A stretch of 64,000 nucleotides of DNA, from positions 6,368,001-6,432,000 of the forward strand of contig OZ220744.1 in the NCBI GenBank assembly GCA_965116925.1, written 5' to 3'. Positions 30,419 to 40,788 of the stretch are shown here, piece by piece. Position 1 is the first letter of the stretch. Each line of letters begins with the position of its first letter. This stretch comes from Candidatus Poribacteria bacterium. GTDB lineage: Bacteria > Poribacteria > WGA-4E > PCPOR2b. Below the pieces are notes generated by a model. The model saw only the letters and a program-made list of their open reading frames with translations, did not search any database and was not told the DNA's origin. A program made the position numbers and the translations under genes.

Positions 30419-31489
30419 ATGCCTGAAATTCGAGTTGCCGTTGTTGGTATCGGAAACTGTGCATCTTCTTTGCTCCAAGGTATTGAATACTATCGAGATG
30501 CCAAAGAGGATGAGTTCGTTCCCGGTCTGATGCACGTTAAGTTTGGACCCTACCATGTGAGTGATGTTAAAGTTGTTGCAGCTTTTGATGTAAATAAGAA
30601 CAAGGTCGGGCTGGATGTTGCTGATGCGATTTTTGCCGAAATCAACAATACCATAAAATTCTCAGATGTGCCAAAGACCGGCGTGATTGTTCAGCGTGGT
30701 GCCACGATGGATGGGTTTGCCAAATACTACCATGAGACGGTCGATGAATCGCCGGCTGAAGTCGTTGATGTCGCTGAGATTTTGCGCGAAAGTCAAGCCG
30801 ATATTCTCATCAATTATCTACCTGTTGGCAGCGAGGCAGCAACAAAATGGTATATGGCGCAGGCGTTGGACGCCGGTTGCGCTGTTGTCAATTGTATGCC
30901 TGTATTCATCGCAAAAAATGACGAATGGCGTGCAAAATTTGAAGCCGCAGACTTGCCTATCGTTGGAGACGATATTAAGGCGCAATTCGGAGCCACTATC
31001 GTTCACCGTACGCTAGCAAAATTGATGAGTGACCGCGGCGTGAAACTTGAACGCACCTCTCAATTGAACGTTGGCGGAAATATGGATTTCAAAAACATGC
31101 TGGAAAAAGAGCGGTTGGAATCCAAACGCATCTCCAAGACGGATGCCGTTGTCTCCCAACTCAACCATGAGGTCGCACCGAAAAATGTCTATATCAGTCC
31201 CAGCGATTACGTGCCCTTCCTCGAAGATCGGAAATGGTGCTATCTCTATCTCGAAGGAACCGCATTCGGTGATATTCCCGTCCGGGCTGAATTCAAATCG
31301 GAGATATGGGATTCGCCCAATTCGGCGGGTGTAGCGATTGACGCGATTCGTTGCTGCAAAATTGCACGGGACCGCGGGATCAGCGGTGCCCTTTATGGCC
31401 CAAGTGCTTACTTCATGAAATCACCACCACGTCAATATGCTGACGCCGAAGCCTTGGCGATGGTGGAAGATTTCATCGGCGGTAGATAA
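30419..31489 (+). CDS. ino1: myo-inositol-1-phosphate synthase
   Basis: [46 protein letters not shown]. Confidence 0.95.
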   Translation: MPEIRVAVVGIGNCASSLLQGIEYYRDAKEDEFVPGLMHVKFGPYHVSDVKVVAAFDVNKNKVGLDVADAIFAEINNTIKFSDVPKTGVIVQRGATMDGFAKYYHETVDESPAEVVDVAEILRESQADILINYLPVGSEAATKWYMAQALDAGCAVVNCMPVFIAKNDEWRAKFEAADLPIVGDDIKAQFGATIVHRTLAKLMSDRGVKLERTSQLNVGGNMDFKNMLEKERLESKRISKTDAVVSQLNHEVAPKNVYISPSDYVPFLEDRKWCYLYLEGTAFGDIPVRAEFKSEIWDSPNSAGVAIDAIRCCKIARDRGISGALYGPSAYFMKSPPRQYADAEALAMVEDFIGGR

Positions 31490-31600
31490 GGGATAGCATA
31501 GGGAACGCAGATCTGCGTTCCCTACTTGCAGTCGAATCCATGGGAAAGCATAGCCATATTTTGCTTTCCCATTTTTATTATTTTGGTAAAGGAGTACGAG

Positions 31601-31950
31601 ATGCCACATTTTCGCGCCATTCACACGATTAAACTAAAGCCGCATGTTGAACGCGAACAGTTTGAGGATTTTATGCTACATCAATTTCTACCTACAGTTC
31701 GAGCGCTGCCTAACTGTCTGAATGTCGAGCTACTCAAAGGGTACAGTGGAGATCTTGCCGGCTTCGCACAATCCGGCACAATTATATCTGGATGACGCTC
31801 TGGGAAAGTGTGGAGGCGAATAACGCTGTTTGGTCAAGAGAAGGCGTCCACCGCACACCGGACGAAATATTGGAAATTAACGCCAAACTCCATCATTATG
31901 CGGCGAACTATTCGCTAGTCGGCGGGTTTACCGTAGAAGCAACGGTCTAG
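31601..31950 (+). pseudogene. Small dimeric alpha/beta-barrel (ABM/Dabb-like) gene with a frameshift near 31770
   Basis: MPHFRAIHTIKLKP..LLKG continues in another frame as NYIWMTLWESVEA..ATV*; span 350 nt, not a multiple of 3; RBS AAGGAG. Confidence 0.65.
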
Positions 31951-32065
31951 GTCATGAATCCACAATGAGATTTGGGTTATTCTTAGATCCAGTCCTGCAA
32001 TATATTGAACCTACTTTTATCACCATCAGTGATCCTCAAACCCGCTCAATCCAACGGGAGCATTC

Positions 32066-33028
32066 GTGGGGCACTGGTCATACCACCTGTTGGAGATTTC
32101 ACTTAGTGGGGAAATTAAGCCATCGCAGGCACTGGTCAAGCCGCCGATGATTTTCAATATCTGGCATCAATACACCAGCATCGAACCAATGTGCTCAATC
32201 CTTGGGGAAGCAGCGGAACTGGAAACCAGATCTAATGTCCTTACGGCAAACATTGCGGCAGGATACCCATACGCCGATGTCCATGAAATTGGTCCTGCTG
32301 CTGTCGTTGTGACCGACAACAATCCACAACTCGCCCAAACAGAAGCCGAGCGGTTATCGAATATGTTGTGGAATGTGCGTGATCAACTGGACGTCAACCT
32401 GCCAGATGCAGCAGCAGTCGCACAAGCAATACAGAGCGAGTCATACCCTGTTATATTGGTCGAGATGGGAGATAACATCGGGGGCGGCTCGCCGGGAGAC
32501 AGTACATTCATTTTAAGTGAACTGGTGAGACAGAAAGTGGATGGGTTCGTCTGTATCCTCTATGCACCACAAGAGGTGGAGGCGTGTATTCAGGCGGGGG
32601 TTCGCGGGAAGGTTGACCTGACTGTGGGTGGGAAATCGGATGACCTACACGGCTCACCGGTCCCAATCCGTGGGCGTGTTCGTCTCATTCACGACGGCTA
32701 CTACGAGGAGACAGAACCTCGCCACGGCGGTGGAAGATACCAAGATCAAGGTATCACGGCAGTTGTCGAAATGGAAGGGAAGAGCCTGATTGTGCTAACG
32801 AGCAAACATCAAGTACCATTCAGTCTACATCAACTCTTCAGTTTGGGGATTGATCCACGGCAAATGAAGTACATCGTTGTCAAAGCTGCTATCGCCTATC
32901 GTGCAGCCTATGAGCCTATCGCAGGAAAGATTATTGAAGTAGATCCCCCCGGACTGACCGCGGTAAATCCGCTGCATTTTACGTATCAGAGTGTGCGGAG
33001 ACCAATCTTTCCATTGGATTCAATGTAG
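32066..33028 (+). pseudogene. 5'-truncated MlrC/M81 metallopeptidase
   Basis: GYPYADV, GDNIGGGSPGDST, GGKSD, VVVK-like IVVK, RRPIFPLD; N-terminal part and a good start are missing. Confidence 0.75.
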
Positions 33029-33043
33029 CATCTAACTCGAATC

Positions 33044-33083
33044 CATCAAATACAGATGGAAATTTATACGTACTCATGTTATA
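33044..33083 (+). repeat. 40-bp perfect direct repeat, copy 2
   Basis: Identical to 29952-29991. Confidence 0.95.
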
Positions 33084-33084
33084 A

Positions 33085-34341
33085 TAGGGCAATCGCATGT
33101 GAGATTTTAGAATAGCGTAGATAAGACAGTAATTAAGTAGTCGGTGTCCCATGCGGCTTTCAATCGTTTGGTGGCAACCCCGACCTTGGCTGAGGGTTCC
33201 CCCTTGAGTAGGTTCAGTGCAATCCGTCGAAGTATGGCGAAGTTTTGACTGCCATTTTCTTTACGGATACGACACCTATCTTCATCAAAGGCAACATCTA
33301 ATACCCAATGACATGAGTTTTCAATCGACCAATGGGTTTGAATAGCGTTAAGCAGTTGGTCAGCCTCGCCGGGCAACGACGAGAGATAGTATCGAGATTT
33401 CACCGTAGTCTGCCCATTATGTTCGCGCTGGGCAGTGACCTTCACCACTGAATTGAGATTGACAAAGGTTTCACTGCCTCTCAACGGTGCAATCAAAGCA
33501 GGGTCCGCAACACGGATAGCAGTTCGCGTCTCAATGCGCCCGTGGTTGCCATTGATTGTCTGAGCGGTGTCGGTTTGCACATCGGGTAACTGATTATCGG
33601 CAATGCCATCAAACAGCAGTTTGACATCTTCATACAGTTGTCCTTGATTCGCTTTCAATGCTAACACATAATCCGCATCGGCATCGACAATCTGTTGAGC
33701 AATAGGCGGGTGACATCCCATCGCATCAATGGTCACAATACAGTCTGAGAGTGTCAACAACTCCAGTAATGGTGGAATGGCTGGTATCTCATTGGAATGG
33801 GCAGCGACTTTCAGTTGACCCAGTGTCACCGATTGTGCTGATGCCCATGCACTGACAAGGTGAATCGCACCATGGTCGGTCAAGCTATCATAAGAACGAC
33901 GCAGGCGTTTACCATCAACAGCAACCACTTGACCATCTGTCACTTTGATAACCTGTTTTATCCAATTGATGAAACAATGCTCAAATGCAACGGAGTCAAT
34001 TAAACCAAAGACTCTACTAAAGGTGTCGTGCGATGGAATACCGTTAGGTAATTTCAATAAACCAGACAACCACTTAGATTTCGCATGACCAAATGATTCG
34101 ACAGCCACCCAGCTATCAGCACCACAGATGACCCCACAGATAGCGATGACAACCATATCCAGCAATTTATGACGTATCCGATTCTTGTCTGTTCGGGGGT
34201 CAGGTAAGTCAGAAAAATGGGATTCGATTGAGCTTATCGGTTGATTCGGCATCTTAGCGACTCCTTGGCTTTGAGGATGCCTTATACATTACCTCAATTT
34301 ACAACACTGTCAAATACTATTTTTTATATGCGATTGCCCTA
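33085..34341 (-). mobile_element. ISAs1-family insertion sequence
   Basis: 14-bp perfect terminal inverted repeats TAGGGCAATCGCAT around a full transposase. Confidence 0.93.
33107..34252 (-). CDS. ISAs1-family DDE transposase
   Basis: DPR, PSHDTF, VDGK, TIDAMGC, HGRIETR, HWSIENSCHWVLDV.F.ED. Confidence 0.95.
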   Translation of the reverse strand: MPNQPISSIESHFSDLPDPRTDKNRIRHKLLDMVVIAICGVICGADSWVAVESFGHAKSKWLSGLLKLPNGIPSHDTFSRVFGLIDSVAFEHCFINWIKQVIKVTDGQVVAVDGKRLRRSYDSLTDHGAIHLVSAWASAQSVTLGQLKVAAHSNEIPAIPPLLELLTLSDCIVTIDAMGCHPPIAQQIVDADADYVLALKANQGQLYEDVKLLFDGIADNQLPDVQTDTAQTINGNHGRIETRTAIRVADPALIAPLRGSETFVNLNSVVKVTAQREHNGQTTVKSRYYLSSLPGEADQLLNAIQTHWSIENSCHWVLDVAFDEDRCRIRKENGSQNFAILRRIALNLLKGEPSAKVGVATKRLKAAWDTDYLITVLSTLF

Positions 34342-34537
34342 CCATAACGACATTGCATCTCAACACACGTCAGAGTATAATACAAACTGCTGACAGTCAT
34401 GCTATCCACTTGTCATTACCATACATTGCACCCCAGCATTTACACCCACGGTTGGTCGTAGACTCCTCCGATCTGATTGGAGTCCACCAAAATCGAGATC
34501 GGAACGGAGAGAGATTTCCCAATCCTGACCCTTTTTT

Positions 34538-34748
34538 CGTTGGCATAGCGTTGGCATTGATTGGTGTTCCTTTGGTATAGCGTTGGCATAGCGTTGGCAT
34601 TGATAGATGAGCAGATGAAGCGGCTAAAATCGGTTCGGAGCCATGCTACCGTTGGCTTCCCAGCATTTTCACCCTGTAGGTGAGGTTTACCCAACTCGCC
34701 CCCGATCCCCCAAACTTTTTTTTCTGTTGGCATAGCGTTGGCATTAAT
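34538..34748 (+). repeat. Three clusters of an 11-bp tandem repeat GTTGGCATAGC
   Basis: Clusters at 34538-34561, 34572-34604 and 34726-34748. Confidence 0.85.
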
Positions 34749-34895
34749 AGAAGGATCCTTATGCGTTCCTCTCATTTAGTTTTTCTGTCGATTGCACACT
34801 CTTCCGATTGAATCAGAGCCCTCGAAAATCGGGATTGAAATAGAGAGGATTTCCGAATCCCGACACATCGCCCAGATAAGCAAAAAACCGAAAAC

Positions 34896-35102
34896 TATGG
34901 TAGATCTTAGAATGAATTAGACACGATGAACGGACCTTGATAGATCGAGGTTCACGGAGTGACGGCACACGGAGTGTGCCTACTACTATTAATGTCTATT
35001 TATGATGCATTTTAAAAATAAATGGATACTTTCGCTCTCCGGTAGGTGCGGTTTCCTAACCGCCCGGTTTGAAGTGTCTCATTAATTCTCAGATCCACTA
35101 TA
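34896..35102. mobile_element. Fused pair of TATAG-ended MITEs
   Basis: Ends TATGGTAGATCTTAGAATGAATTAGACAC / GTGTCTCATTAATTCTCAGATCCACTATA. Confidence 0.75.
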
Positions 35103-35204
35103 AATGCCAATGAGTATAAGCAAGCTGGTGAACAACAGCGAATTAGGTATTGGGATCTACGGAAGAGTCTGTGGCACTTCATTAATCACGACATTGTAAT
35201 TGCT

Positions 35205-36737
35205 ATGAGTGAAAACATCAAAACTGATCAGGGACGGGTTTCGGATCCGTGTGTGATGGTCATATTCGGTGCTTCAGGGGATTTGACGAAGCGCAAGTTA
35301 GTGCCAGCCCTGTACAACCTTGCCCAGAACGGACTGTTGAACGAAAACGCTGTGGTTGTCGGGTTTGCGCGCAGAGAAAATAGCCACGATAATTTTCGTG
35401 CCCAGATGACCGAAGCAATTAAAGCATTTGGCACAACTGCGTTTGATTCATCGCTCTGGGAACGGATGGAGAAACGGCTTTATTATCATCAGGGCGATTA
35501 CGACAATGTAGACGATTATAAACGTCTTGCAGAATTGCTGAAGCAGTTGGATGGGGAATGGGGAACAAACCGCAACTATCTCTACTATTTCTCAACTCCC
35601 CCAAGTTCTTTCGGGGCAATTTCCGACAATTTGGGGAGAGCTGGACTCGCAAAACCCGAAAATAAAGCGATGTGGCGCCGGACTATCGTTGAGAAACCGT
35701 TTGGACATGACTTGGATTCTGCCAAACTTCTGAACCGCTGTTTGCTTGAGACTTTTGATGAAGAGCAGATTTACCGGATTGACCATTACTTGGGGAAGGA
35801 GACTGTACAGAATATCATCGTTTTTCGGTTCGCTAACGGCATTTTTGAACCGACGTGGGACCGTCGCTATATTGATCATGTGCAGATCATGGTTGCTGAA
35901 AGCATTGGCATTGAAGGGCGTGGTGCATATTACGAAGAATCAGGGGTGCTGCGCGACATGATTCAAAACCACATGTTCCAGTTGTTGTCGTTGGTGGCGA
36001 TGGAGCCTCCAATCTCCTTTGAGGCGGATGCGGTACGAGATGAGAAGGTGAAGGTGTTGAATGCGATTCGTCCGATGCGTCCCGAAGATATTATCTCCAA
36101 TACGGTGCGCGGACAGTATAGTGACGGGATAGTAGATGGCGAACGGGTAATTGGATACCGCGAAGAACCGGGGGTTTCGCCTACTTCAGAACGGGAGACT
36201 TATGCTGCGCTGAAACTCTTTATAGAAAACTGGCGATGGGCGGGTGTACCGTTTTTCTTACGGTCTGGAAAGAGATTAGCCAAGCGCGACACACAAATAG
36301 TAATTCAATTTCGGAGTGTTCCCCACCTTCTCTTTCGCGGTAGTGCAGAAGAGCAGTTAGAGGCAAATCGACTGGTCCTCCATATCCAACCTGACGAGCG
36401 CATCACCATCCGATTCCAAGCGAAGATTCCGGGCCCGACGGTCCGTCTGACCCCCGTTGATATGGATTTTCGGTACGAAGATTTGGCAGGGAGCAGCCCC
36501 GCAACTGGGTATGAGACGTTGCTATACGACTGTATGAACGGCGATTCTACGCAATTCCATCGTGCGGATATGGTCGAGGCAGCGTGGGAGATTGCAACTC
36601 CTATCTTGGATGTTTGGGAAGCCTTGCCTCCTCGTGATTTTCCGAACTACGAGGCTGGAACGTGGGGACCGAGTCCTGCGAATGATCTTATTGGAAAAGA
36701 TGAACATGGACGCCGGTGGCTGAATCCCGATGTGTGA
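35205..36737 (+). CDS. zwf: Glucose-6-phosphate 1-dehydrogenase
   Basis: GASGDL, EKPFG, RIDHYLGKE, RDMIQNH. Confidence 0.97.
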   Translation: MSENIKTDQGRVSDPCVMVIFGASGDLTKRKLVPALYNLAQNGLLNENAVVVGFARRENSHDNFRAQMTEAIKAFGTTAFDSSLWERMEKRLYYHQGDYDNVDDYKRLAELLKQLDGEWGTNRNYLYYFSTPPSSFGAISDNLGRAGLAKPENKAMWRRTIVEKPFGHDLDSAKLLNRCLLETFDEEQIYRIDHYLGKETVQNIIVFRFANGIFEPTWDRRYIDHVQIMVAESIGIEGRGAYYEESGVLRDMIQNHMFQLLSLVAMEPPISFEADAVRDEKVKVLNAIRPMRPEDIISNTVRGQYSDGIVDGERVIGYREEPGVSPTSERETYAALKLFIENWRWAGVPFFLRSGKRLAKRDTQIVIQFRSVPHLLFRGSAEEQLEANRLVLHIQPDERITIRFQAKIPGPTVRLTPVDMDFRYEDLAGSSPATGYETLLYDCMNGDSTQFHRADMVEAAWEIATPILDVWEALPPRDFPNYEAGTWGPSPANDLIGKDEHGRRWLNPDV

Positions 36738-36801
36738 TAGCATCTGACGTGGGCTATTCTTTCACGGATTTTTGGTAAACTCAAAAGGAGACCTGAGAAA
36801 A

Positions 36802-37497
36802 ATGGCTGATCAGAAAACTTTGACAGTTGATATAGGTGGCAGCGGTATCAAGACGATGGTTCTTGATGCAAACGGAAATCCGATAGGGAAGCGGACGCGC
36901 GTCCCAACACCGCGCCCTGCCAGACCAGACTCTGTCCTCGAAGGAATCGTTAAGTTAGCCAAGGGACAGTCAGACTTTGATCGTGTATCGGTTGGTTTTC
37001 CCGGTGTAATACGTAAAGGCGTAACCGAAACAGCGGTGAACCTCCACAAAGATTGGATTGGGTTCGACTTGGAAGGGGTGTTATCCAAAAAACTGGAGAA
37101 ACCTGTGCGTGTCTTGAACGATGCTGATGTTCAGGGGTTCGGTGCAATTTCCGGCAAGGGTGTGGAACTGGTTGTTACATTAGGGACCGGCTTTGGATCT
37201 GCTCTATTTCTTGACGGGAAACTGGTTCCCAACCTTGAGGTTGCACACCATCCATTTCGTAGAGGTAGGACCTATGAGGAGCGTTTAGGGAGTGCTGCAT
37301 TGGAAAAAACTGGCAGGAAAAAGTGGCAACAGCGTGTGATGGAAGCGATTGCCTCTCTCGAACACCTATTTAATTACGATACACTTTACATCGGAGGTGG
37401 CAATGCTCGGAGGCTTAGGGTTGACCTTCCTCCCAATGTTAAAATCATTCCCAATGTCGCCGGTTTATTGGGCGGTATCGCTTTGTGGCAGGACTAG
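36802..37497 (+). CDS. ppgK: Polyphosphate glucokinase (ROK family)
   Basis: DIGGSGIK, NDAD, TLGTGFGSALFLDGKLVPNLE.AH. Confidence 0.8.
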   Translation: MADQKTLTVDIGGSGIKTMVLDANGNPIGKRTRVPTPRPARPDSVLEGIVKLAKGQSDFDRVSVGFPGVIRKGVTETAVNLHKDWIGFDLEGVLSKKLEKPVRVLNDADVQGFGAISGKGVELVVTLGTGFGSALFLDGKLVPNLEVAHHPFRRGRTYEERLGSAALEKTGRKKWQQRVMEAIASLEHLFNYDTLYIGGGNARRLRVDLPPNVKIIPNVAGLLGGIALWQD

Positions 37498-37532
37498 ATG
37501 TCCCCACTTACCGGAGAAAGAAGGTCTATTGC

Positions 37533-38840
37533 GTGAAATATCCAAATATTCTATACCTCCATTCCCACGACACAGGACGCTACGTCCAACCTTACGGTCA
37601 CGCTGTGGCGACACCGAATATCCAACGCCTTGCTGAGGGAGGTGTCCTTTTTCGGCAGGCATTTTGTGCCAATCCCACATGCTCGCCTTCCCGTGCTAGC
37701 CTCTTGACCGGCAAGTGGGCACATAGTTGTGGGATGCTTGGCTTGGTCAACCGCGGCTTTTCGATGTCGGACTATAGCCAGCATATTGTTCACACCCTTC
37801 GAGATGGGGCGGGCTATCATTCGGTATTAGCGGGTCTCCAGCATGTTGCTCAGGACCCCGCCCAGATTGGCTACGATCGGATCCTAGATGGCGAGCGCAG
37901 TCCCGAAAAGGTTGTCTCGCGCACGGTTGATTTCCTGAAGGATGCTCCATCACAACCGTTCTTCCTTGATGTTGGTTTTTTCGTGACACATCGGGAGTTT
38001 CCAGAACCCGGACCGGACGAGGATCCACGCTACTGTCTGCCACCCGCCCCCATGCCCGATACGTCTGAAAATCGCTACGATATGGCGGCTTACAAGGCGA
38101 GTGCTCGTATTCTGGATAACAGTATTGGAGCGGTCTTGGATGCACTTGATGAAAACGGGTTAGCCGAGAATACGCTGGTCATCTGCACCACCGACCACGG
38201 ACTCGCTTTTCCGGGCATGAAATGCAATCTAACTGATCACGGCATCGGTGTGATGCTGATAATGCGTGGGCCCGGTGGCTTTACCGGCGGAAAAGTTTGC
38301 GATGCAATGGTTTCCCACATTGACGTTCTTCCTACGATCTGCGATCTGCTGGATCTTGCTGTACCGGAGGGGGTACAGGGCAGCTCGATGATGCCGTTAA
38401 TCCGGGGTGAGGTGGAGGCTATTCACGATGAAATCTTTGCAGAGGTCAATTATCACGCTGCCTACGAGCCTCAGCGCGCTGTGCGGGCACAACGGTGGAA
38501 GTATATCCGACGGTACAGCGACAGGCAGAAACCGGTGCTTCCCAACTGTGATGCAGGCCCAACCAAAGATGTGTGGATGCAACACGGTTGGCAGGATCGA
38601 TATGTTGCCCCTGAGCAGTTGTATGATCTGATTTTCGATCCAAACGAAACGCACAATTTGGTCGATGATTCAACTGTAGCATCTGTGCTTGAGGATATGC
38701 GCCATCGGCTTGATCGATGGATGGATGAGACGGCTGACCCGCTGTTGCACGGACCCGTTCCCCCAGATCCCGGTGCTCAGTTAAATGATCCAGCGAGTAT
38801 ATCGCCGCCGTATGCGCTATACACTGTCCCTTTCGATTAG
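37533..38840 (+). CDS. Sulfatase (Cys type)
   Basis: PNILYLHSHD, CSPSRASLLTG, TDHG, LYDL..DP.E..NL. Confidence 0.92.
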   Translation: MKYPNILYLHSHDTGRYVQPYGHAVATPNIQRLAEGGVLFRQAFCANPTCSPSRASLLTGKWAHSCGMLGLVNRGFSMSDYSQHIVHTLRDGAGYHSVLAGLQHVAQDPAQIGYDRILDGERSPEKVVSRTVDFLKDAPSQPFFLDVGFFVTHREFPEPGPDEDPRYCLPPAPMPDTSENRYDMAAYKASARILDNSIGAVLDALDENGLAENTLVICTTDHGLAFPGMKCNLTDHGIGVMLIMRGPGGFTGGKVCDAMVSHIDVLPTICDLLDLAVPEGVQGSSMMPLIRGEVEAIHDEIFAEVNYHAAYEPQRAVRAQRWKYIRRYSDRQKPVLPNCDAGPTKDVWMQHGWQDRYVAPEQLYDLIFDPNETHNLVDDSTVASVLEDMRHRLDRWMDETADPLLHGPVPPDPGAQLNDPASISPPYALYTVPFD

Positions 38841-38970
38841 CTCCTCTTAAGACACCCATGAGGTGGTCGGTGTATACACAAAAGGTTCAACCGATCCCCT
38901 CTAGCGGAACGACGTGTTTATACAATGTTGAGGGGGCAATTTGGGGGCTTGATAATCCTGTGAGATCTAT

Positions 38971-38999
38971 TTGACAAACTTTGACAGATATGATATGAT
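38971..38999 (+). promoter_or_regulatory. sigma70 promoter for the ferredoxin gene
   Basis: TTGACA-N17-TATGAT with extended TG. Confidence 0.7.
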
Positions 39000-39159
39000 T
39001 AACTCACCTTATTGAACTGAAAACACCGGCGCTTTGATTATTCCCAACTTTATTGAAGTACCTGAATGATATACATCAGGTTGAGAGGATTCAATCGTCA
39101 ATTTTCGATAATATAATTTTCAATAACTAATTTCCGAATGAAACAGGAGGATAAAACCG

Positions 39160-39417
39160 ATGACCTACGTCATCACTGAACCTTGCATCGATGTTAAGGA
39201 TACTGCCTGTGTTGATGTTTGCCCCGTTGACTGCATTCACCCAACTTCAGACTCAGACGACTTTGAAAATCACAACCAGCTTTATATTGACCCTATAGAG
39301 TGCATTGACTGCGGTGTATGTGAGCCGGAATGTCCGGTCGAAGCGATTTTCATAGATGAGGATGTCCCCGAAGAATGGGAGCACTTCACCCAGTTAAACG
39401 CTGACTATTTCCAATAA
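39160..39417 (+). CDS. Dicluster (7Fe-type) ferredoxin
   Basis: CIDVKDTACVDVCPVDC and CIDCGVCEPECP; RBS AGGAGG. Confidence 0.93.
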   Translation: MTYVITEPCIDVKDTACVDVCPVDCIHPTSDSDDFENHNQLYIDPIECIDCGVCEPECPVEAIFIDEDVPEEWEHFTQLNADYFQ

Positions 39418-39489
39418 TAAAGTGCTATAAAACCTTGAGATGCTGAAAATAGTGTAATGGTCTGGGTGCTGGTTGACGCTATCAATCTT

Positions 39490-39531
39490 GCTGACTACAG
39501 TCCCATCCTTCAGGTTGGGGCTGTAGTCAGC
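39490..39531. terminator. Strong hairpin between convergent genes
   Basis: GCTGACTACAGTCCCA / TGGGGCTGTAGTCAGC. Confidence 0.6.
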
Positions 39532-39588
39532 CAACCCCTATTAAGTGAGTCAAAAAAGGTATCTCACTGGTTCAGACGGTGCAGTACG

Positions 39589-40692
39589 TCAAGAGTGTTT
39601 ATTTAGTTGCACATGTCCAATGAACAACTCTTCGGGCAGGAAACTCGTTGTCTCAGTAGCGTGCCTATATTCAAAACCCTCGGTCGTGACGACCCCCATC
39701 GCAGTAAAGTACTTGGACTCGCCACTCGTTCCGCTCTTGTTTCCCCCGCTGTGACCCCGTAGCCAATTGGGATCAATGACCTGTTCCCCCTTCCAGATAC
39801 CACCCGTTGCGTTCAGATGACCAAACCGAGCGAGGTCCGATGCACTGATGACGACCCAGCCGGGACCGCTGCGGACAGGGTGCCCGTTAATCTCATAGGG
39901 AGGGTCGAGATAGGTGTACGAATCTGGAATTGTGGGATACAAATATTTCTCGTTTTTGACATAGCCGCCGGTGAGCCAATCCCATCGCTCTGCAGGAATC
40001 CCTATCCGGTCAAAGAGTCTCTCCTGAATAATATTCTTCAGGTCATCCCCCAAGACGTAGGTAAGTGCTTGGCTTAAGCGCCAGAACCCGGCACTACTAT
40101 AGAGACCAACTGTGCCCGGCTCAGCATGGGAGTAGAGGTCATAGAAAGGGTCACCGCTCCACTTGGACCATTCGGGAACGCCCGGTATAAGGTTTGCTTC
40201 CTCAAGTCCTGTAACCTTCTCCCGCCAACGAATCCCTAACTCTATCGGAAATCCTCCGTAGTGAAGGGACTCGTGCTTTGATCCAATGAGATGTCTCCAA
40301 GTCAGGTGCTTATGATGCCCTTCGGTCAGATATTTGTGAGGGTGGGAGAGCTCGCCCTCGCCGGTCCACTGTTTGTTAATCGGCTCGTCCGGATTGATGC
40401 GTCCGTCTGCAACTGCGAAACCGAGAAGTGCCCACATAAAAGCCTTTCCGACAGAGGCGGTTTGATGCCGATAATGCGGATCTCCCCAAGCGTGGATTAA
40501 ATAACCACCGCGGGTAATCACGGCACCGTATTTGTCGCCGGAGTGATCCTCTCCGCCGAAAGACGCCCCTTTGACCTCCATGCCCCCTATAAAGGCTCCG
40601 AATTTTTTAGAATCAAGCCCCGCCTCCTCTGCCGTAATCTCAACCCAATCATCTTCAGGAAATGTTACCCAATCGGGAAGTTCAATAGTCAT
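39589..40692 (-). CDS. Serine hydrolase, beta-lactamase-like fold
   Basis: SVGK, PGT..LYSS, SASDLARFG.L....G.W.G.Q. Confidence 0.8.
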   Translation of the reverse strand: MTIELPDWVTFPEDDWVEITAEEAGLDSKKFGAFIGGMEVKGASFGGEDHSGDKYGAVITRGGYLIHAWGDPHYRHQTASVGKAFMWALLGFAVADGRINPDEPINKQWTGEGELSHPHKYLTEGHHKHLTWRHLIGSKHESLHYGGFPIELGIRWREKVTGLEEANLIPGVPEWSKWSGDPFYDLYSHAEPGTVGLYSSAGFWRLSQALTYVLGDDLKNIIQERLFDRIGIPAERWDWLTGGYVKNEKYLYPTIPDSYTYLDPPYEINGHPVRSGPGWVVISASDLARFGHLNATGGIWKGEQVIDPNWLRGHSGGNKSGTSGESKYFTAMGVVTTEGFEYRHATETTSFLPEELFIGHVQLNKHS

Positions 40693-40788
40693 CCGATGCC
40701 TCCTCTCTCAATAACCTTTGGTCCGAGTTAGTGAGGGTTTGGTTCAAAAGTCCATTCATGAACCAATGAACTAATGCACTAAGGTATT

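Noticed and set aside
34538..34748. Possible CRISPR array
   Set aside because: Units are 11 bp and tandem, without regular unique spacers; no cas genes in the window
34353..34775. Short ORFs containing INANAMPT repeats
   Set aside because: Translation products of the DNA repeat; no RBS or protein-like character
39105..39126. Fur-box-like AT-rich stretch before the ferredoxin gene
   Set aside because: Only a partial match in AT-rich sequence; not distinguishable from chance
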